A DNA stretch of 56,095 bases from Catajapyx aquilonaris (lineage: Eukaryota). The stretch covers positions 1 through 56,095 of the forward strand of contig KZ538658.1 in the NCBI GenBank assembly GCA_000934665.2, given 5' to 3'. A model generated the notes under the pieces. The model was not told the origin of the DNA and ran no database searches. It saw only the letters and a list, made by a program, of their open reading frames with translations. Both the position numbers and the translations under genes were made by a program. This document shows positions 36,427 to 47,806 of the stretch, piece after piece. Positions within the stretch are counted from its first letter, which is position 1. Every line of letters begins with the position of its first letter.

Positions 36427-39093
36427 GCTTTACCCCATTAGAGGGAACAGAGCCCTTTTAGGGGGGTGGATTACAACCGTTTTTCGTTACGAAATTTCTT
36501 CGCATTTTTTTCTCTCCGGTGCAGGGGTCAGGATAGGGCAGTGGTTTCCAACCTGGGGGTCGCAGGCAGAGTCGCGAGCCTTTGTTAAACATTTTTTTTT
36601 GAAATTTCTGTGCAAATTGAACCATTTTTGCGGCCGTAAGAGTGTATGTTTTCTGGAAATGGGGCAGTTGTAGAAGGGGCTGGGGGGNNNNNNNNNNNNN
36701 NNNNNNNNNNNNNNNNNNNNNNNNNNNNNNNNNNNNNNNNNNNNNNNNNNNNNNNNNNNNNNNNNNNNNNNNNNNNNNNNNNGGGGGGGGGGGGATACGG
36801 GTACCAGTGCTGCGATGTCTCAAATTGGGGGTCGTATCCAGTCCCCCAGCGGACCAAGCTACAAGACCCCCCACCGACACCGCACCTCCTCATGGATGGG
36901 ACAATAAGGATAGGAAAGGAAGGAATTGGCTGGGGCCTATTATTTAGGAAGCAACCCCAGAATTCTCCTGGGTGGACTGTGGGAAACCACAGAAAACCAC
37001 GGTTAGGATTGCCGGCCCCAGGGCTCGAACCCAGGACCTCCCAATTAGCAGTCGGACGCCTTATCCACTCCACCAAACTGCTTCGGTTGGCTTGAACTAA
37101 TTCTATTTATCACACAAAAAATCAGCCTCAATTTGTTTTGACTGGCCCTCATAGTCCTCACAAATAAAGTATCACTGTATGTGCACTGTTCCACTTACAC
37201 ATTTGCCGTTTCACCAAAACCTGGGGTGGGTGATTTCACCTTAAAATATTAATTTTTGCCATTTTCTGAAAGTGGGTTAATGTGCCCTTTCTCCCTAATG
37301 CCGACGATATGTACTGTACCTTATACATTCATACTGGCATCTCTGGGGCACAAAATAATGTCTGTCATGTGTCAACTGAGTGAGAGAATGAGCCTTGGTG
37401 GGCAGGTTCAAGTTATCACAAGCTGCAATTTTAAGTAACCAGTTTATTCCATTAATTCCATAGATTTTGGGAATATCGGATTTTCCCCCCGCTAATTCCA
37501 GAACTACATACGTAGGTCTGGGGTCGCCTGAGGGGCAGTTGTCCATTTTATTTTCCTTATTTGATCCAAAAAGGGAGGGGACCATGTTACCCATGGCATT
37601 TTGTTGCAACAAATTCCTTTCACACATGCAAGCAAAATAATACAGGATTCTTAACTGTAAGAAGACAAAATGAATAAAACCTTGGAAAAAGGGGACTTAT
37701 GAAGCTCCCTGAACTTTTCTCAATAAGTTATTAACATTAAATAAAATGATAACATATTCTATACATTCATGCAACCAAGTAGCCCTTGTACTTGAGAAAA
37801 AAAATGCTCATAATGTACAGTAAAACCTTGATATAATGCTCTCCTGCATTTAGCGCCCCTTTTTCCGGTCCCTTGATCATTCATTCCCATAAGGTAAATT
37901 TTCCCGCATATAACGCTATCCCGTTTATAACGCTACTTTTGGCCGGTTCCTTGAAGAGTGTTATATCCTCCTCAGACCGGAGAAGAATTTTTAACGCAGT
38001 GTCAATTCCTATTGCATTTTCTGAACATTTTCCCATTAAGAAACGATAAAAATTTTTAGTTTCAAAATATAGACAAAAATAGTGACAAACAACCAATGAG
38101 AACATTAGGATCCAATTGGTGCTACAAAAGCAGAATGGATGAAAGCTGAAAATTTAAATACCGCTTAATGGATCACTAACATAGTGCTCTATCCTCAAAA
38201 CAATGTTTTTTAAATTCATTTGTGGAATTCGTGGTAGCAATTCCTCTCAGAAGACAATTAAAGATAAATGAAATTATTTTTGAACGCCACCACTCCAGGG
38301 ATGGGGCTTGCTCCTTCCCTTCTTACCCGCTAGAGTGGTACCTTGCTATTCTAGATTTCAAAACTGAACAGCATAGTGCAAAGCACACTTCCTTATGGGT
38401 GTATAGGTACAGGCACTTAAAGAAAAGTCACAGCCCATTCAGCTAAAAATGCCATTTTGCGGATGTCCATTTAAATGAGCATTTGGTCTCAGGAAGAAAA
38501 GAAAATGACGCAACAAAGATTGTCACAGAAACATCTTTTCGTATTTCCTAAGACACATTCCTTGCAAATCCTAGGACATTCACTGCATTGCGAAAATCAC
38601 ACTCTAAATATGAGTAAAAAAATAAAACTGATCAGATGAGCGCCTAGCTTCAGCAGCGTCATCCGCCATTTTTATCCGCGATTTAATTTTCGCGGCCCAA
38701 GTCAGATATTCAACACTAGGTGGCTACACCTATTGAGGCGAGATTGTAATCATAGGATACCAACAGATTACAGTTCTGTTGGCATCACTAGTTGGTGCCA
38801 AAAAAATCTTTTGCTGGTGTCGACATATGTCGACACCAGGTCTCAGGAGGATATCGAGGTTTTCCTGTATTATGGGACATACTTAGTAAGTAGTTACTTG
38901 TTTCTCCAAGTGTCACATCTTGAAATGTACCAGTTATGAAGAGATGTGCTTCATAATAACACAAATCCTGATAAGATCATCTAAAGCATTCTCACCAGTG
39001 GTCTCCTTCTACCAGTGTTTTCTTCAGCAATCGGCTGATGAGATCTTTTTGAAGTGAGATGAACTGAGCATCAAACTTAGTATTTTCTGCCAT
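30657..39093 (-). CDS. DUSP-UBL + coiled-coil + RNF8-type RING chimeric E3, paralog 4 (~465 aa; exons 39093-38996, 32614-32463, 32120-31993, 31936-31807, 31695-31357, 31298-30852, 30760-30657)
   Basis: MAENTKFD...LLKKTLVEGDHW|YVLDFVWFKHWKAY...PGPIDN, WYGAVEHQQPIRRK, EVEVYP; ESELQCSICNEIFIQSVTLNCSHMFCKFCLDEW...CPICR...LSSEVKQRR (RNF8 has LSSEVKERR). Introns 3 and 4 have GC donors. The 6.4 kb intron 1 spans an assembly gap. Confidence 0.82.
32638..32855. mobile_element. Loopless 218 bp palindrome (TA-flanked hairpin MITE)
   Basis: ta|cagtcgccgacatattg...ggcgacgcgtcgcc...caatatgtcggcgactg|ta, only about two mismatches. Confidence 0.92.
33355..34111. mobile_element. pogo/Tigger-like non-autonomous element
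   Basis: cagtgcaccccactta ... taagcggggcgcactg ends, with subterminal taaccgggg repeats. Confidence 0.6.
34997..35823. mobile_element. Tc1-like MITE with long imperfect TIRs
   Basis: gttggacaaaataataggga ... tccctattattttgtccaac, with inner inverted blocks (aattttcgaccagtgtccc). Confidence 0.7.
35960..36200 (-). mobile_element. Mariner transposase N-terminal remnant
   Basis: Minus-strand fragments FRWYKAFSKG and DHRITIDGLARMIGTSSSSAHMILH resemble the mariner HTH region. Confidence 0.55.
36372..37089 (-). mobile_element. SINE family A (long variant) spanning the assembly gap, with (TAT)n at 36372-36425
   Basis: tRNA-like head at ~37010-37089 (gggttcgagccc on minus); body shared with the 5.3 and 47.5 kb copies. 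Confidence 0.7.
36688..36781. other. Assembly gap (N run) flanked by poly-G
   Basis: Run of n characters. Confidence 0.99.
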
Positions 39094-40119
39094 TGCATGG
39101 GGCTTCAAGGACACACTGAAGTTGAAGACTAGGGCACTTTTAAAAATCTTATCTTCAAGCAACTCAATTGCTCATTTTCACATGTTTGCAAAAGACTGCA
39201 AACTTCCACAACTGATAACAACAAAGATAAAATGGTATTTCTCCTTTTATCTTCTTTGCCAATATTCTGCTATTTGCATAATATTAAAATAAACATGACT
39301 TCATAATGCAAATACAATTTGTTACATTATAATGTACCTAATTGCAAAAATTGTTTTGTATCATTTGATTCTAGGAGACTCAAGTAAAAAAGGAAATATG
39401 TCATGGTTAAGGTTTTAAACAGGAATAGACAAAAAAAGGTAAAATTCCAACTATCAAAACAAAATGTTGGTAATAGGCAAACCAAGGGGACAGACATTCT
39501 TGAAAAAAATGTATAAATTTCACTCATTGTCAGACCCCTCAGGAAAACCAGAAATATTGTACTCAATATCTTAAGCTTATTTGGACGGTGTTATCCAATA
39601 ATGAATCAACCCACAGAACCCACAGAACAGTTTTAAGGAAAAGGGCATTGAATGTCATAGTATATGTTCATGGGCTGAGATCAATTTGACATTTTTGTGG
39701 ATTGACCCATTATTGCATAACACCATCCATTTTGTACTGTATAACATGGCAATTAGCACCACAAACACTGGGATACTGATTATGACTTAGAAAAATATAG
39801 AAAAATCACATTCTTAAAGCTTCATAATTCCACGATCAAAAGAGTGCATGGAGAGACTATCACAGCTGATTCAATAATACCGAACAAGTATAACAGCCTT
39901 GTGCAAATATTAGGTGCAGTCAATAAAAAATGAGCCGTATTTATTGTGGAAAACTTAGCCAAATAGGTCAATTGGCATGGATAACCTTCAAATCTTAAAG
40001 AAAATGATGTGCATGACAGCTAGAGGGAGCAGGTGTCACATCATGTGATCAAAAGGGAAGCAACCCACGAAAAGCGTTGTCCAGTCAATAAAAAAAGTGC
40101 TGAAGGGTTTATGAATATA

Positions 40120-40385
40120 ACATTTCACCTTTTTTAAAAGAGTATTGCCCATGATGATTTAGACGTTTATTCCAATGAGATGCAAGGAGTACAATGGCCT
40201 GATCATAGAAGTCCTTGGGTTTGTTACTAGAACCACATCTGAACTCTCTCCATCACTTCATTTTCCGCCTGGAATCGGCATCAGTGCAAAGCTTTCTTCG
40301 GTTCACCAAAAACGCGAAAGTCCCAAGGTTGACAGGTTGGTACGACTGTCAGATTTGGTGACTGAAGATGGTCCATAAGTAGCCA
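40120..40385 (-). mobile_element. Mariner transposase C-terminal remnant
   Basis: Minus-strand fragments RFQAENEVMERVQMWF and DFYDQAIVLLASHWNKRLNHHGQY resemble the mariner C-terminus. Confidence 0.6.
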
Positions 40386-40580
40386 GTAACTCGCCGAGCA
40401 GGCGGGAGAGTAGCCTGCTGCACATGCTCACCACCATCTGAATCGGTTTCCCACCAATTTTCAGGGCGAGTTGGAGGGCGAGTGGGGAACTGCGCAAGCG
40501 TAATCCCCTACTCAAGCGAGTAACTCGTAACGTGTGGACCTTGCTTTGGCCCCGACGGCCTGGCACCGTCAATCATCATC

Positions 40581-40615
<35 letters not shown>

Positions 40616-41060
40616 NNNNACCCCCCCCCCCCCCCCCCCCCCGCCAAGACCTACTTGTATTTTTAAAGGTCATCCCTGCCAATCAGCGTGATTGTCTGTC
40701 CCACAAGTTTTCCACAATAAATCCGGCTTGTATTTTATTGACTGCACCTAATAGAATTTCATCACATAAGATTCAGTCTTCATTCAGTCTTTAAAAAAAT
40801 TAAATGAAACCTTTGGCATGATTATCACAACATGGAAAAATTAGGTGTGTTCCTTACCACAAGTGCACTATAAAAAATATAAATATAGACGTACAACTGT
40901 TGTATGCCAACAGCAGTATACAAGAAGCTGGTACCGGTATCTTGAGGTTTTTTTAAATATCTTCTGGTAGTCATGTTTTCTATGTGGCATGCTTCGCCAC
41001 ACCACCTGAAATAATTATGAGTATTAAACTTCACTCAGATCAAAGAAGCACTAGAGACCT

Positions 41061-41175
41061 GGGGTGGAATTTTCGTCCCACTGATAGTTACTGCTAACTT
41101 AGCAGTACCAGAGTGTTGGAAATGGTACCGCTAAGGTAGCAGTAACCTAGCAGTGGGACGAAAATTCCACCCCTG
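41061..41175. repeat. Hairpin MITE
   Basis: ggggtggaattttcgtcccactg ... cagtgggacgaaaattccacccc. Confidence 0.8.
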
Positions 41176-42089
41176 ATTGACTAGCACTTTTCAAGGGTTT
41201 TCATCAATTTCAGTAAAGATCAAAATAATTGCATGTCTACTTAATACAAGATTGCAACAATGCCCATTATCATAGCAACTTATTGCAACACTCATCATTG
41301 TTGGTTATAACAGTAGGTTAGAATGGTAATGCCTAATATTGCAATCGGGGAGAAGATTCCCTGCACAGGGTTACCCAAAACTGCAAAATGCTAAATTGGT
41401 ACCATCTTTTTAAGCAACATAGTACATGGGGCTAACAGTGGATTCAGATGGCACATGTTGGCAAACTCAGGCGTATAAAATATACTGGGTGAAGAAGAAA
41501 CAACGTTGTAAAATGTCCTGCTGATAATAGACAAAATTAATGTGTATTCTTAAATATGGGTGCTACAAAGATCCTTCCAGGATTGCTTTTACTGTTTATG
41601 ATCCTTTTTAGTTTAGGATCTGGCCTTGAAAGTAAACAAAATTACCGCTAGAGACAATTGACTTCCAGACCACCCATCTTGCAGTGGCATTGTAAATAGA
41701 GGCAAACTGTTTATAACCTGAGGGATTCGTGAAAATATGTTTTCAGCATCATAAATAAGAACCATTGAAGAGCACGGGCCCTCCTCTGGAGCTGTATCCC
41801 TCCCCTTCCTCCAAAAAAATCGGCGGTAGCATAAGGGCATATCCGGATAACACATCGCGCCACTTTGATTTGTAACTTTTTACATCGAATTTGAAAGCAG
41901 AGCCCTCTAAACCCCCTGTAAACTAATTTTGACGCTAATTCGCGAGACCCACGGCCTGTAGAGGCGCTGAAGTCAAATCCAAGATGGACGACAGCGGGGG
42001 TACTCGAGCAGGCAGCAGACAGGGCATGAGCTTGGCAAGAGGCAGGGAGAGCAGCAGACAGGGCTGAGCACGCGCTATGTGGGCAGGGA

Positions 42090-43070
42090 GGGGGCCAGGG
42101 TGGGGGCCAGGGTGGGGGCCAGGGTGGGGGCCAGGGTGGGCAGGTGGGGCAGGCCCCGGGCCGAGGCAGAGAGGTAGCCGAGCCGGTACCTACGCAAATA
42201 GCTGGGAGAGGGCTCGGCTGTATAGGGGAGTGGGTCCAGACGTGCATGGTGACATTTGGGAATTAATTGCGGCCAAACTAGAGGTTGGAGGAGGGTGACA
42301 ATGCCCCCGTCATCGAGAGGAGATTTCGATTGTTCCGACGACGTCCGCAATTAAATAAATATCACAGGTTATTTTACAGGGGAATTAAATAGGAAATATC
42401 TCGGCAGCTGGCAGGCTGCTGTAACCGTATGGGTCCAGGGGTGCATGTTGACCTTTGGGAATTAATTGTGTCCAGACTAGAGGTCGGAAGAGGGTGACAA
42501 TGCTTCCGTCGTCGAGAGGAGATTTCGACTGTCCCGACGACGTCCAATTTAGTATTACAGACCGGGCGGCTAATTTACGGGGGAATTAAATAGCTTATAT
42601 CACGACAAAAACCGCTGGACAAAAGAGGTCTGCGGTCTGCCTCTGGGTCCAGAATGCAGAGTGACCGTTGGGAATTAATTGCGGCAAAACTAGGGGTTGT
42701 ATGTGTGTGACAGTGCCCTCGTCGTTGAGAGGAGATTTCAAATGTTCCAACCGTATTTGCTATAAATGCCCACTGGTTATTTTACGGAAGAATTAAATAG
42801 GGAATGTCCCTAGAAATCTCTGGACGAGAGAGGTCTGGCTGACTGTAACCGTATGAGTTCAAAATGCAGGGTGATCTTTGAGAATTAATTACGGGCAAAC
42901 TAGGATTCGGAAAAGGGTGACAGTGTCCCCAACGTTGAGAGGAGATTTCGATTGTCCTGACAATGTCCATAAGTAAAATAAATTCCTACGAGTAATTCTG
43001 CGGGGTAATTTAATAGCTAATTTCTCGACAAAAAGTGGGGCTTTGTCTCTGGACGACGTGACGCAACGAC
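42090..43070. repeat. G-rich 12-mer x4 followed by four diverged ~200-210 bp tandem units
   Basis: gggggccagggt x4 at 42090-42137. The motif gaattaattg...gggtgaca.tg...gagaggagatttc recurs near 42258, 42457, 42670 and 42880. Confidence 0.85.
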
Positions 43071-43892
43071 TGATACTTATGGACGTCGCGACGTCCACAA
43101 ATAGCAGTCCCGCTCATAAATAATGGCATGACTCTATGGACAATGCTCATCCACAATGCCCAGCAGTTTTCCCTACCTTATTTCGACGTGACCCTAAGGA
43201 TAACCTTTTCTGGATCTCTGGTTACTCGTATGACCCATCCCGAATTTTAAATAAAATTTTTAATGAAGGTACCAAAATGTTCAACGGTAAACTAAACAAC
43301 GAGCTGACGTCAAGGTTTCCACGGAAATATCCTCACAGGAGACAGAACAATACTATGAGTAAACAGTGTCAACAAAAAAGCAACAATGTAAGAAACGATG
43401 ACGTCAGATCATCGTTTGGTTTTCTGCAATATACAAGGCTTTACGTAGAATTCATGTGAATTTTCTCCCTAAAATTTTCCCACTTTGACTTGTTTTTTTC
43501 TTGTCTTTTTTTACCTTATTTTGATTCCCCTTTCCCCGACTTCCTTGAGACACTTTATAAACATGCAGGTGACCCAGGGGTTGGAAACAGGATAAACATT
43601 TCGCCCATATATCGAGTCATACCATTCTAGCTAAGAGTGGCAGCAGGTGGCAGGCTACTGATACATAAGAACTTCGAGTTACATCCCACCACAAAACATA
43701 ATTTGTCACTTGTCACCACTTTACTCCCTTTTTCCTCGTTCCCACGCATGGCAGGACTAGGAGAGCAACCCCCCTTGTCCGCCATGAATGAGCTTCCGAG
43801 ACAGCCGCCAGGTGTCAGCCACTTCTACGGGTCTTCCCAATACTGTATATCTGTTCAATTCTCGCACATGCTGCCTGCCATATTGTATCAAG

Positions 43893-44063
43893 ACCCATTC
43901 ACACAGGCCGTCGACGGTTTTGGTTTTGGTTTAGGTTTTGGACCAATCAGAGCGGGCCCTCACGGTAACCATGACGCGTTGTTTACGTGAGGGCCCGTTC
44001 TGATTGGTCCGCGGAGTCGACGAGGCCAAAAACCTAAACCGTCGACGGCCTGTGTGAATGGGC
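43893..44063. mobile_element. Hairpin MITE (Tourist/Harbinger-like ends)
   Basis: cccattcacacaggccgtcgacggttt ... aaaccgtcgacggcctgtgtgaatggg. Confidence 0.75.
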
Positions 44064-44788
44064 CTTCAGCCATTTTAAATTTTAAATTTTTTGACATCGG
44101 ATCTGAAATCAGCGCCATTGAAATCCATTACATAAAAATTTCTGCATGTTTGGCCGTGGATTTAATTATTATCGGAGCCGAGATCGAAGGGAGCAAGCTC
44201 GGTGGCAGGAAAATGCCTTGGTTTGTTACCGTCCAAATAAATACATGAAGGCATGGTATTGGGCAGAATCTTTGCACACTGCTGTATTGCGTGACTCCCA
44301 CGGAGGTTTGCAAGTTTGACACTCCAAGTCATTGGTATAAGGTGCGTACGGGAATTTTTTGTAATTTTTGGTAACGAACCAAAGCTTTCAGATGACTCTG
44401 GTTAGTTACTGAAACTGACGCACACAAAGATCACGCTCTGACAATTTAAGCACATCAATCGAAAGAGGACATCAAGCTGCATCCAACAGACACACTTGAG
44501 AAGTGATCGAATGAATGGCAACGCGTACAGAGGCGCCAAAAGCCCCCAGACACCCAGACACCAAAAGGCCGCCGGCGCGCACAGGTGAAAGTATGAGCAG
44601 CTGGTGCCAAAGAACAGCAACACTGGGCGGTTTTAAGGTTGGCCTTTTTTAGTAGAGATATTGAGCATCCGATTGATGTGATAAAACGCGGTATTCAACG
44701 AAAAAAATAATTGTCGCTTCATGTCCGCTCTATCGCAAAAATGCCCATATGGTAACATTTTAAAGAAGCCAATATGTAATCATCTCAC

Positions 44789-47748
44789 CTTGGCGTTCAT
44801 GGACCAGCTGCTTTCTTCTTGTTTTCTGCTCATTCGACAACTGGTCAACTATTCTCTCAATGAAGCTGTCCACAATACGACAGGGTATTTGTCCTGTGAT
44901 CGGGTTGCGGCATATGGGGCAGTCTGCCTGCTTCTTCCTCCAATCACCAATGCACTTCAAGCAAAAAGTATGGGAACAATGCAGAAGAGTCGCCTGTAAA
45001 GAAGATTTCCCAAAGAAGTTGTAACTGTCAAGCTTATTCAATAATGGGCAGATTATGATGTTTATAAATAATGTAGTTTCTGGAATCTCAGTTTACCACT
45101 ATCTCTGTCATAGTGCAGGTAAAAAAAAGAGTACAGGACAGGTGAAAAGTCCTATTACCCTATCTCCTCAGGCCTGGAAGGCTGTGGCCTTAACCATTAC
45201 ACCATCATGCTACCACGGTCAACTTGTTATTTTGTGCCACCTGAGGCATCACCATGGTGGTGCCTGAGGTGGCAGGTAACATTGTTATGAGTTTCACACT
45301 GGTGCACCAGTGAGAAACTCATAACAATGTTAGATATTTTAAATTATTAATTTATATTACCCCATTGGGAGAATCGGCACTCCATTAGGGGGGTGGAATA
45401 CCACCATTTTACCACTCAGTTTTTCTATCATTTTCTTCACACACCGTGCAAGGGAGAAAGGGACATGGGGAAGGGAATAGGGATTTTTGGGGAGGGGACA
45501 TAGGTGCAAGTGCAATGTCTCAAACTGGGTCATGTGCTGTCCCCCAGGAGGTTAGGTTGCCAGACACCTCCAAGGTGCGGGTCAGAGCTCCTGACACTGG
45601 TTATACAGTTGAATCCCTCTATAACGAAATTGAAGGGAACCAAATTATCTTTCGTTATATAAAAAACGCGTTTAAACCTCACTTTTTCCTATATTTAGGC
45701 GTTATATTAAGCCCTGGTAGCGGGAAAAAGTTAAAAAATTCTTCCACGCTAAATTAGATTATCTAACAAAGCACAGAGCAAAGTCGACAACAATAAGCTA
45801 CAGCAATTTGGCTGATCAGCTAACCCACAGCGCCGGCTGCCACAATCTCCTGCATGTAGTAGACCCAAGGGGGGAAAGACGAAATGGTGGGGAAAGATGA
45901 TAAGGAAAGGTCAGGCTCTTATCTCCCGTGAATATTCCCAGGTTTCAACCACCTGCCTCCTTCCCTGGTGGGGCACGTGTTAGCAATAAATCCAGTGGGC
46001 AGCTCTGAGTCACTGCGCGACAACCCCCCCCCNCTTGAGAATCCTTTCCCTTCCATTAGGACCCCAAATTATCAACTTTTGGAGGGAATGTGTAAAAAAA
46101 GGTTGAATCCGGAACACACAGCTGGTGATTTATGGCCAAATTTGCCAACTTCCGGCTGTTTTTGGCCGAGAGGTGGGACTGGCGGTGCAAATTTTTTTCG
46201 TTATATGCGAACCGAAACCGAAAATCCTTTTGTTAAAAGGGGATATTTTTAACATGGGTTTATATGGGGCCTCTGACGGTCACAAATTTTCTTTCGTTAT
46301 AAGCGGATTTTCGTTATATCCGGATTTGTTATAGAGGAATTCGACTGTATACCATCTGTGACGGGACTGTATGTCAAGTTCAGCCCAGATCCTTCTTCCT
46401 GGGTGAATGGGCATGCGGGATGTCCATCTCTTCTCAGTTGTTATACCACCCCCCAGTACCCCTCAAGTAACTGGTTTGAGGGGCGTTCGGAAAGTCTTTA
46501 CACTTTTTTGGGGGGCCAAAATACAGGGCACATATACAGGTCGGCAGACAGGCACATATTATCAATAGAATCCTCCTGGAGCCGAATGCACTGGCACCAC
46601 GGGTGTGGCAACCTCTTCAGGCCCTCCAGGAACCACTTTTAGGAGGTGCGGCGCACCCACTCGCGGATCACTGCTCGCAGTCAACAGCACTGTCAACAAT
46701 GTCCACGAAATGGCATCGGCGAAGATTTTTTACTTCTCTGGCTTTGTCTCGGGTGGGACTCCTTAGACTAACCACCTGGGGGAGTTCACAAAATGACCTC
46801 ACCCATGACAATGCACTGTACTTTGTACATCCCCTCCTAGTCACTCTGACTGTGGGCCCGGGCGATTCACTATCAGGTCCTGATGTATACTAATGCATAC
46901 AGGGGAGGCGGAGTGGTGCTGCGGTAACGTATGCGCCCACGGATGTTAAGGTCCCGGGTTCGATCCCAACCCGGGGACACCCCCTTCGTCTTGTGCAGAG
47001 TTCAGGGTCACCTCTGGCTTCGTCTCGGGTGGTATTTCCACAAACTAAACCACCCGGGGGAGTTCACTAAAAATGGCCACATTAAGACATTGCACTGCAC
47101 CTTGCACATCCCCTCCTGTCATCCTGCCCATGGGCCCGGGCGTTTCGTATAAAGGCTCCAATGTACTTACCATAATAAATAAAGGTCCGTGCTGCATACC
47201 TCAGATGAGGTCAAGCACTACCCCGGATTATTATTATTATTACTAATGTATATGAGTAATAAAGGTCTGTGCGTGCCATATAACTCGTAAAGAGTTTGTG
47301 CACTACCTGGATTTTTGTTTTTGTTTTTTTTTTTTTAAATTACACCCTTGAAGCCTTCAGGCTTATATAGGGGGGAGGTTTTTCGACCATTTTCAATCTC
47401 TCCGGTGCTAGGATGGAGGGGGGGGACAGTGGTGCAAGTGCAATGTCTCATGGCGGAGGCCGTGTGCAGTCCCCCAGAGGGCTTAGGTTGAAAGACGACC
47501 CTCTGGGTGCGGGTAAGAGACCTCCCACAAACACCGCACCTCCTCCAGTGTGGGACATGGATAGGAAAGGTAGGAAGCGGCTGTGGCCTACGATTAGGAA
47601 ACAACTCCGGTATTCACCTGGGGGTGACCGTGGGAAACCACAGAAAACCCCGGTCAGAGTTGCCGGCCTGGGGATTTGATCCCTGGACCTCCCGATTTGC
47701 AGCCGGATACCAAATCCCCTCCGCTACCACTGCTTCGGTACTACCTGG

Positions 47749-47806
<58 letters not shown>

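Noticed and set aside
38610..38670. aaaATGGCGG start (MADDAAEARR...) on minus inside paralog 4 intron 1
   Set aside because: The frame closes after about 20 codons with no convincing donor; at most a YY1-like motif.
11081..39093. Calling these genes USP15/USP4 or RNF8 orthologs
   Set aside because: No USP Cys-box or His-box exons and no FHA exons were found. Each gene has only part of each parent, so no gene symbol was assigned.
42075..42350. GPGW / PPPW / PTLA repeat ORFs
   Set aside because: Translations of a 12 bp G-rich tandem repeat, open in several frames, with no splice or start support.
42240..43070. Repeat-spacer pattern resembling a CRISPR array
   Set aside because: Whole ~205 bp units are homologous and diverged, the context is eukaryotic, and no cas genes are present.
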